Source of the DNA: Acidobacteriota bacterium
GTDB lineage: Bacteria; Acidobacteriota; UBA6911; RPQK01; JAJDTT01
DNA length: 64,000 bases
Direction: 5' to 3'
NCBI GenBank assembly: GCA_965217775.1
Contig: CBDCJH010000002.1
Span: 3,040,001 to 3,104,000, forward strand
Shown here in pieces: positions 57,052-64,000 of the stretch. The position numbers and the translations under genes were made by a program. The notes beneath the pieces were generated by a model. It saw only the letters and a list, made by a program, of their open reading frames with translations. It made no database searches and had not been told where the DNA came from. Each line of letters begins with the position of its first letter. The stretch's first letter is position 1.

Positions 57052-58295
57052 TCACGGACCGGACCCGTTGCGGAGTTGGATGGCACGATCCTCGTGGTGG
57101 CGAGCTTTCTCGGCGTCGCCACGGGCTTGGTAGACCGCCTTCATTAGGAGGTGGTGATTGGGATTTCTGTCGTCGAGTTCCAGGGTCCGCAGACCCAGCT
57201 CTTCGGCCTCCTCCAGGCGCTGCTGGTAAATGCGGCAAAAGGCCAGAAAGAAGAGGCCGGCCGCGAAATCGGCGTCGATCCGGATCATCTTCCGGGAGAA
57301 CTCCTCGGCTCCGGCGACGTTTCCCCGCTGGAGCTCCAGCTCGGCCAGGCTGGCCAGAATCAGAAGCCGGCCGGGACAGAGCTCGAGTCCGCGATTCAGA
57401 TGTTGGCGGGCCAGTCCGAACTTCTTTCCCTGCTTCTCCATCAGGCCCAGCAAGAGATACCCCTGGCAATCTCCGCCCACTTTCTCCAGGTATCTCAGGA
57501 GATGGGTTCGGGCCTCCGTCCAGTCTCCTTGTCCGTAGGCCAGCGTTCCCCGGCCGAGACCGGTCAGGGCCGTTCCGGGCGTGAGCTCCTCCGCTCTCCC
57601 GTAGGCCTTGAGGGCATCCTCTTTCCGGCCCAGCTCCAGAAAGACGTCTCCCAGATCCGCGAAGACGTCGGAAGAGGCCTTGGGAGAATTGGCCATGAGG
57701 CTCAGCGATCTGAGACGTCCCTGCAGATGACCGATCCGCCGATGGTGTTCCAGAACCTTCTTCCCCTCCCGTTCCTTCCCTGGCGAATCAGGGCCGAGCC
57801 CAGGCTGAAGAGAGCCCCCTGATGGTCCGGCTGACGCGCCAGCACTTGCCGGAATCGCTCTGCGGCGCGGTCCGCGTGTCCTGCCTTGAGATCCAGGCGT
57901 CCGAGATGAAAATGAGCGTTCGGATCGCCGGGTTGCAGGGAGAGAGTCCTTTCCAGGTGGTCGCGGGCCTCGGCGTCCTGACCCAGATGGATGTACGCAA
58001 TGCCGAATCCCAACTCCAACTCCCACCCGTGGACTCCCAGTTCCCTGGCCCTTCGAAAACTGTCGAGAGCCTTGGAGTAGTTCCGCAGGATGGTGTGGCA
58101 GACCCCCGCCTGGTAGTGGGCTTGAGGATTGGGATTGGGGCCCCGGAGCGATGCCTCCAGATCGGCCAGAGCCCCCACGTAGTCTTCGCTGACGGCGATC
58201 TTCCGGAGAGCCCGTTCCAACAGCGGATCGGGAGGAGTCGTTATTCCCTGGAGGGAAAAAAGCACCCCCCAGGCGGCCGGGAGGATCAGATTCAC
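57052..58295 (-). pseudogene. Exported TPR protein split by a single-base frameshift (real lesion or sequencing error)
   Basis: The two track ORFs join as ...LGSALIRQG/KEREGKKVLE... if one G is added to the run at 57778-57780. Confidence 0.75.
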
Positions 58296-58296
58296 G

Positions 58297-60030
58297 CTAC
58301 TCCTGCTCCTTGACCCGAAGCATGCGGTCCACGCCGGAGGGGGGCGGCACCGCCTGCCTCCTTCCGCAGGGCCAGAGGATTTCGATCGATTCGATCCCGG
58401 TGACGGCCCCCAGACCGAAGTGGATCCGCAGATCGCTCTGGCTCAGGTAGCTGCTCCCGGCCCGGACCTCCTGGCTGAACAGGCGGCCTCCAGCCTTGAG
58501 ACGCACCTTGGCGCCCACGCCGTCCCGATTGCAGTGAGTCCCCTCGAGCCGCAGCTGCAGCCAGTGGCGACTCCCTGCCGTCCGATTTTCCAAAAGGTCC
58601 GCCTTCTGGTTGTTGTTGGTCACCAGCAGGTCCGGACGGCCGTCGTTGTTGTAGTCGGCCACGGCCGTACCCCGGGACACGTTCCTGCGGGAGAAATAGG
58701 GCCCCGCCCGGGACGAGACGGCTTCGAACCGGCCCGCACCCCGATTTCGAAAGAGCTGGTTGGGCTGGGCATACTCCAGGCTGGGATTGATGGAGTTGAT
58801 GTTGTCGAACACGTGCCCGTTGGCCACGAAGAGGTCGAGCAGCCCGTCGTTGTCGGCATCCAGGAAGTTGGCGCCGAACCCCAACGGCAGGAAGCTGTCC
58901 TGGGAGAGCCCGGCCTGGAGCGTGTGGTCCGTGAGGATCCCCTGGCCGTTGTTCCAGTACAGGTCGTTGGTCTGGAGCGAGAAGTTGGTCACGAAGATGC
59001 TGTAGAGTCCGTTCCCGGCCAGATCCGCCGCGTCCACGCCCATGCCCGACTGCGCCATCCCCATCCCGTTGAAGGCGCCTCCGGAGAGCAACGAGACGTC
59101 CTCGAAGACTCCGCGGCCGCCGTTCCGGAAGACGTAGTTGGCCGTCGTGTCGTTGGCCACGTAGAGGTCCAGGTCTCCGTCCCCCTCCAGATCCAGCCAG
59201 AGCACCCCGAGACTCTTGGAGTACTGCGCCTCCTCGGTCACACCGGCCTTTTCGTTCGCTCTCTCGAAGGTTCCGTCACCCCGGTTGCGGTAGAGCGTAT
59301 TGGGCACTCCGTCGTAGCTGTGGGGGAAGCAGTAGATGAGAAGCTCCCCCGAATAACAGCGGCGGTGCGTCGCGAAGGTGAACTTCAAGTAGTTGCCGAC
59401 GTAAAGGTCCAGCCATCCGTCCGCGTCGTAGTCGCCGAAGGCGGCGCTGGTGCTCCAGAGGGGATCGGCCACGCCGGCGGCAGCCGAGACATCCGTGAAG
59501 GTGCCGTCGCCGTTGTTGCGATAGAGGACGTTGGGGCCCAGGTTGGTGACGTAGAGGTCGACGTCGCCGTCGTTGTCATAATCGGCGAAGACACAGCCCA
59601 TGCCGTAGGAGGGGTCGCCGACCCCGGCCTGGTCCGTCACGTCGCTGAAGCTGCCGTCACCGTTGTTGCGAAAGAGCCGATTCTTTCCCGGAGGCGCCGC
59701 TGAGGACGAGGGAGTGGGACCGCTGTTGACCAGATAGACGTCCATCCAGCCGTCCCGGTCGTAATCCAGGAAGCCTCCGCCGGAACCCATGGTCTCGACC
59801 AGGTATTTTTCAGAAGAAGCGCCGCTGGCGTGGATGAAGGAGAGGCCCGCCTCACGGCTCACGTCCCGAAAAGAGGGTGCGGAATTCGACGTGCCGGCGG
59901 CGTGCATGACCGACGGGTGCGCCAAGGCGAGAACCAAAAAAAAGAGACTCAACCGGGGCTGAAGGGGACCCTCGATCGTACTCGGGAACACCGGCCGGTG
60001 CCCGGCACGGTTGAGGGATGGATGGAACAA
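58297..60030 (-). CDS. CRTAC1-family protein (FG-GAP-like repeats plus ASPIC/UnbV)
   Basis: Repeated DYD.DG..D.YV.N and N.L(F/Y)RN.GDG.F; C-terminal NRDGVGA, SYLSQS, IHFGLG, I.WP.G; start uncertain. Confidence 0.9.
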   Translation of the reverse strand: MFHPSLNRAGHRPVFPSTIEGPLQPRLSLFFLVLALAHPSVMHAAGTSNSAPSFRDVSREAGLSFIHASGASSEKYLVETMGSGGGFLDYDRDGWMDVYLVNSGPTPSSSAAPPGKNRLFRNNGDGSFSDVTDQAGVGDPSYGMGCVFADYDNDGDVDLYVTNLGPNVLYRNNGDGTFTDVSAAAGVADPLWSTSAAFGDYDADGWLDLYVGNYLKFTFATHRRCYSGELLIYCFPHSYDGVPNTLYRNRGDGTFERANEKAGVTEEAQYSKSLGVLWLDLEGDGDLDLYVANDTTANYVFRNGGRGVFEDVSLLSGGAFNGMGMAQSGMGVDAADLAGNGLYSIFVTNFSLQTNDLYWNNGQGILTDHTLQAGLSQDSFLPLGFGANFLDADNDGLLDLFVANGHVFDNINSINPSLEYAQPNQLFRNRGAGRFEAVSSRAGPYFSRRNVSRGTAVADYNNDGRPDLLVTNNNQKADLLENRTAGSRHWLQLRLEGTHCNRDGVGAKVRLKAGGRLFSQEVRAGSSYLSQSDLRIHFGLGAVTGIESIEILWPCGRRQAVPPPSGVDRMLRVKEQE

Positions 60031-60040
60031 ACCGGATCTC

Positions 60041-61696
60041 TCAATCGCCCCGGATCTCGAAGTTGGCGCGCTTGGAGGCCTCCTGGCCGCTGATCCGGTC
60101 CCGGAGCTCGAGTCTGACCTGGTACCGTCCCGGGTCCACCCCCTTCAGGGGAACGGTATGCATCAAGACCACGCGGTCCTCCATCTGCAGCAGTCTGGGT
60201 TCCTCCGTCCGGAGACGTTCGCGGCCCCGCAAGATCACGAACTTGGCGTCCAGTGCCGGTTGGCGCGTCGCCTGATCCAGAGCCACTTCATAGGCTTCCG
60301 TATAGAGGCTGAGAAAGGCCCCGGGAGAGAACTCCTGGGTGACGTTGGGATAGACCTTGATCCCGCTGGGCGTCATGAACGGGTCGGAGAGCGTCTGCTC
60401 CGGAGAGGAGGACGCGAATCCGTCGGCTACCACCAAGGTGCTGGTGGTGAGGGTTCCCACCTCGTTCTTGGACAACTGGACCGACGCCACCTCGGTGGCG
60501 ATCCGCTTGCTCGATTCTTCCTGGAGAATGACGGTCAGCTTGTAGCGGCCGGGCCTGAGGGGTAGCTGCTTCTGGTAGAGAAAGTTGGTGCCTGCCTTCA
60601 TACCAGACGATTTGGAGGTGTCGGCGGCGATCAGATCCTCGAACTCGTACACCACCTTGCCGGTGAGGTTCTGGGCCTTGCCATAGAGCTGGATGGTTGC
60701 CCGGTTCACATTCCGAAGCTTGGCATCGTAGGTCAGCTCGTGGGCCGGCACCCGGATGGTGAGGGGGACCAGAAAGGCGTCCGCACCCACCCGATAGTTC
60801 CCGAGGGCCATTTCCAGGGACATGGGGTTGTAAAGGAGGCGCGTTTCCACGTCGCCCCGGAGATGCTCGAACTCCACCTTGGGCGGTTTGTTGAGAAGGA
60901 AGTAGTTGCGCACCCTGTCGAACGGCTGTGCTCCCCGCATGAAGGACCCGTCGTTGAGTCCGACGTTGCGCATGGCCAGATCCGCCAGCATGGTTCCTGC
61001 CCGGTTGGCCTCCCCGAACATCTCGTTGACGGTCGGGCTGGAGCCTACTTGCCAAAGGGCGTCCTTCTCGGAAGGCCTCAGCGCGATCTTGTACTCACCC
61101 GTCTTGCTGGCGTCGACGAACTCGATCTCGATTCCGCTGCCCACGCCCGGGATGTAGTTGTAGAACCAGCGCTCGAAGGCATAGGTATTGGTCCAGCCGC
61201 CCCCTTCTTCCAGAACCCTCCGCTGGTAGAGCCCGCCATGGTGACTCTCTTTCTGACTGGGGGGACCGTAGGTGATGTAAATGCGCCCCCGATCCGTATA
61301 CCAGCCCTCGACGCCCGAGTAGAAGTGGTCGTTGGCGTAGGCGATCCGGCGGTAGTGCTCCTCCTTGAATTCGTTGAGGCCGGTTCGCGGGTCCGGGTCC
61401 CGGCGGCGCCAGAACTGCTCGATGAAGGCGTCCCGTTCGGCGTCGGCGCTCAGGTTGTTGAAAACCTTTCGCTCTTCGTCCGTGATGATGTAGACTACGT
61501 CCTCCGTCAGCCACTTTTTGAAATAGTCCTGCTGTTCCTCCACCCGCTGCCGCTGGTCGCGCTTCTCGGCCTCCTTTTCCCGTTTCCGTTCCTCCTTGGT
61601 CTTCTTGTCCTTGGATCCCAATACGGGAACGGGAGAAATCGCCACCAACAGGAAGGCGACACACAGAGTCTTGAGTAGTGAAAAAAGGAATCGCAT
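60041..61696 (-). CDS. GWxTD-domain exported protein
   Basis: Start ATG 61696 with signal peptide; KKWLTEDVVYIITDEE, FIEQFWRRRDP, EHYRRIAYAN, GWYTDRGRIYITYGPP. Confidence 0.9.
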   Translation of the reverse strand: MRFLFSLLKTLCVAFLLVAISPVPVLGSKDKKTKEERKREKEAEKRDQRQRVEEQQDYFKKWLTEDVVYIITDEERKVFNNLSADAERDAFIEQFWRRRDPDPRTGLNEFKEEHYRRIAYANDHFYSGVEGWYTDRGRIYITYGPPSQKESHHGGLYQRRVLEEGGGWTNTYAFERWFYNYIPGVGSGIEIEFVDASKTGEYKIALRPSEKDALWQVGSSPTVNEMFGEANRAGTMLADLAMRNVGLNDGSFMRGAQPFDRVRNYFLLNKPPKVEFEHLRGDVETRLLYNPMSLEMALGNYRVGADAFLVPLTIRVPAHELTYDAKLRNVNRATIQLYGKAQNLTGKVVYEFEDLIAADTSKSSGMKAGTNFLYQKQLPLRPGRYKLTVILQEESSKRIATEVASVQLSKNEVGTLTTSTLVVADGFASSSPEQTLSDPFMTPSGIKVYPNVTQEFSPGAFLSLYTEAYEVALDQATRQPALDAKFVILRGRERLRTEEPRLLQMEDRVVLMHTVPLKGVDPGRYQVRLELRDRISGQEASKRANFEIRGD

Positions 61697-61801
61697 AGTC
61701 CCCTGTCCGGTTACTGGAATAAGCGAAATTATAACACAGCGAACCCCCGGGATTGCGAATGCCGGGCTGTCGAGGAGCCGGATCCACCTGTCCCCGCGCC
61801 A

Positions 61802-61836
61802 CCTCACTCCTCACTCCTCGTTTCTCACTTCTCCTC
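61802..61836. repeat. Intergenic heptamer tract
   Basis: CCTCACT CCTCACT CCTCGTT TCTCACT TCTCCTC. Confidence 0.7.
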
Positions 61837-61906
61837 CCGGCTGTTACAATCGGCCTCCCGCTTGTTCTTGGACCGTTTCAAGACATCCGAAGGAGTGGAT
61901 CCGGTT

Positions 61907-63148
61907 ATGGCTGGTCGGGCGCAGGGACGGTTGCACCACGCTCTTGACCCGACGGGCGGATCTTGGGGGCTCGCCGTCGGGTTGCTGTGCCTGTGGCTCC
62001 CGGTTCAAGCCGCCGGCGCCGGAATCCGCGACATTACCTGGACACCAGGAAAACCGCTGCCCTGGCCCACCAAGGGACAGGCCCAGGCCGTGCTGGGCGA
62101 CCAGATCGTGGCGGCGGGAGCCCCGGGATATCCAGGATGGAACCCCAGAGAGAACACTCGGGAACGCGGCAGGCACAACAGCGTCTGGCTCTTCGACACC
62201 CGTTCCAACCGGTACCGGATTCTGCCTGCTGCCCCTGTGGGTCTGAGCTGGCCTCAAGGCGTGTCGGTGGGCGACGATTTCTACCTGCTGACGGGAACCG
62301 TCCGCTGGCCCCAGGACCGGCTGGACATCACGACCAATCGCGTGTTTCGGCTTTCCCGCAGGGCGGGAGAATGGCGGTGGCGGGAGATGCCGTCGTTGAT
62401 CATCGGACGCTTCCTGGCGGCCGCAGTCTCCTCGGGAACATCCATCGTCGTCCTGGGAGGCCAAGCCTCCTACGGAGCATCCCCTTTCACCGGAGACCAC
62501 CCCGGCGTCTACATCAACGCGGTGGAGATCTTCGATACGACCGATCCCTTCCGCGGGTGGAGGGAGCTTCCTCCCATTCCCGGCTATGGCCGCGAGTCCA
62601 TGGCCGCCGTCTCCATCGGCGAGAAGGTGTACGTATTCGGAGGCTTCTACGTCAACTATGCCGAAGCAGGCGACGATTACCACCCGCATCGCCGGCATGG
62701 GGGCGACGCGTACGTGCTGAACCTCCGCTCCTTGCGCTGGCGGAGGCTTCCCGACCTGCCCTTTCCTGCCGGCGGCTGGGAAGCGGCCGTGCACCGGGAC
62801 CGCTACGTCATCATCGCCGGGGGGATGAGAGACTACCCCGTGGACCATCCCTACGCGTACGCCGATCAGATCCCCGGCCGGCCCGCTCCCAACTTCGAGG
62901 TGCTGGTGTTCGACGCCGAAGAGGAGGCCTACCGGATCTTGCCCACGAAGATTCCTCCCTACCGGCCCCCTCCCGAGATGAGGCACAAGGCCCTGGACGT
63001 CGACTGGATCGATTTCTCCCGGGGTGTCTACCGGCTGGCCGCCGAGTTGAGCCTGGTGCGGGGCAAGCTTTATCTGGCCGGAGGAGAGGTCATCAGTCCG
63101 GCCAACGTTACCGACGAGGTCCTGGTGGGGACCATCATCGAGGATTGA
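61907..63148 (+). CDS. Exported Kelch-repeat beta-propeller protein
   Basis: ATG 61907 after AAGGAG; signal peptide ending VQA; IVVLGG, VYVFGG, VIIAGG, LYLAGG with W..LP.(L/M)P. Confidence 0.8.
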   Translation: MAGRAQGRLHHALDPTGGSWGLAVGLLCLWLPVQAAGAGIRDITWTPGKPLPWPTKGQAQAVLGDQIVAAGAPGYPGWNPRENTRERGRHNSVWLFDTRSNRYRILPAAPVGLSWPQGVSVGDDFYLLTGTVRWPQDRLDITTNRVFRLSRRAGEWRWREMPSLIIGRFLAAAVSSGTSIVVLGGQASYGASPFTGDHPGVYINAVEIFDTTDPFRGWRELPPIPGYGRESMAAVSIGEKVYVFGGFYVNYAEAGDDYHPHRRHGGDAYVLNLRSLRWRRLPDLPFPAGGWEAAVHRDRYVIIAGGMRDYPVDHPYAYADQIPGRPAPNFEVLVFDAEEEAYRILPTKIPPYRPPPEMRHKALDVDWIDFSRGVYRLAAELSLVRGKLYLAGGEVISPANVTDEVLVGTIIED

Positions 63149-63153
63149 GCGCC

Positions 63154-64000
63154 ATGGCCCACCCCGAACGGCTGCCGGGAGCCGACCATAAACGCCGAAC
63201 GGTCCTGACCCTGACTCTGCTGTTGCCGGCACTCTGCCTGGCCTGCGGTGAAGGCGTCGATGAGGTGCCGGAGATCCTCGACATCACCTGGGAAATGGGC
63301 CCCTCCATGCCCTGGCCCACGAAGGGACAGGCGCAAGCGACCATCGGCGATCTGATCCTGGCGGCCGGCGCGCCCGGCTTTCCGGGCTGGGAGCCGTCGA
63401 GCCAGCGCTCCACGGGCAAGGGATGGCAGATCCGGGACCGGGGAAGGCACGTCTCGGGTTGGATCCTGGACACCCGGACCCAGGAGTACGGTTTGTTGCC
63501 CGAGTTGCCGGTGGGCATCAAGTGGCCTCAGGGCGCCACGGTGGGGGAGGACTTCTACGTCTTTACCGGTTGGGTGATCTGGCCCGAGGAGCAGAACGAC
63601 AACACCAGTAATCGAATGTTCCGTCTTTCCGGAGCCGGGGACCGGAAGCAGTGGGAGGAACTTCCGTCCCTCCGAGTCGGCCGTTTTCTGCCCGGCGCCG
63701 CCGTCAGCGGCACCACCATCGTGGTGGTCGGTGGACAGGCGACCTTCGGCGCCCAACCCTTCATGGGCGATCATCCCGGAGCCTACGTCAACTCGGTGGA
63801 AGCCTTCGATACGGCCGATCCCGGCGCCGGATGGCGGGATCTGCCGCCACTCCCGGGCATGGGCCGCGAGTCAGCCGCCACGACCGCCGTCGGTGACGAC
63901 ATCTACGTCTTCGGCGGGGACTACGTCAACTACGCCGAATCCACGAACGGCCGGTTCGAGGGTCACCTGCGCCATTGCGCGGACGGCTACGTCCTCAACC
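63154..64000 (+). CDS. Second Kelch-repeat protein, probable lipoprotein, paralog of the preceding gene (runs off the window)
   Basis: Not in the ORF track. Manual translation gives MAHPERL...LLLPALCLACGEG...DITWEMGPSMPWPTKGQAQATIGD, matching DITWTPGKPLPWPTKGQAQAVLGD of the upstream gene. Confidence 0.85.
   Translation, partial: MAHPERLPGADHKRRTVLTLTLLLPALCLACGEGVDEVPEILDITWEMGPSMPWPTKGQAQATIGDLILAAGAPGFPGWEPSSQRSTGKGWQIRDRGRHVSGWILDTRTQEYGLLPELPVGIKWPQGATVGEDFYVFTGWVIWPEEQNDNTSNRMFRLSGAGDRKQWEELPSLRVGRFLPGAAVSGTTIVVVGGQATFGAQPFMGDHPGAYVNSVEAFDTADPGAGWRDLPPLPGMGRESAATTAVGDDIYVFGGDYVNYAESTNGRFEGHLRHCADGYVLN

Noticed and set aside
1-64000. CRISPR arrays, rRNA, tRNA, RNase P RNA or riboswitches
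   Set aside because: No regularly spaced repeat-spacer pattern or recognisable RNA-gene signature was found by eye. A covariance-model (Rfam/Infernal) scan would be needed to exclude them fully

Overview
GC-rich bacterial chromosomal window. The gene repertoire (GWxTD, CRTAC1/ASPIC-UnbV plus TPR, DUF1552/DUF1592, many Gfo/Idh/MocA genes, NHL repeats) suggests Acidobacteriota, possibly a host- or sponge-associated lineage; this is inference only. 1-16 kb: minus-strand dcw cluster (mraZ-rsmH-ftsL-ftsI-murE-murF-mraY-murD-ftsW-murG-murC-ftsQ-ftsA-ftsZ, with no murB or ddl), a clear promoter and 10-bp-periodic MraZ-type boxes. 16-27 kb: proS, rpiB, glyA, a DinG-family helicase, TPR/HEAT/YHS genes, nadK and a 3-hydroxybutyrate dehydrogenase-like SDR. 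27-46 kb: an oxidoreductase-rich catabolic region with several exported enzymes, plus a DUF1552/DUF1592 pair. 47-51.6 kb: a decaying accessory island. It holds a repressor-led, co-oriented string (HTH-S24, Schlafen/AlbA_2-HATPase, dual-OB, DUF488, DUF488) and a divergent vapB with a truncated vapC. 53-64 kb: a cluster of mostly exported repeat or beta-propeller proteins. Non-coding elements not in the ORF track: a 130-bp TIR element upstream of the dcw promoter, two inverted copies of a 158-bp MITE with 4-bp target duplications, and intergenic heptamer tracts, two of which bracket the NHL gene as an inverted repeat. No rRNA, tRNA, CRISPR array, integrase or transposase was seen. All family assignments come from motif recognition by eye, not database searches.
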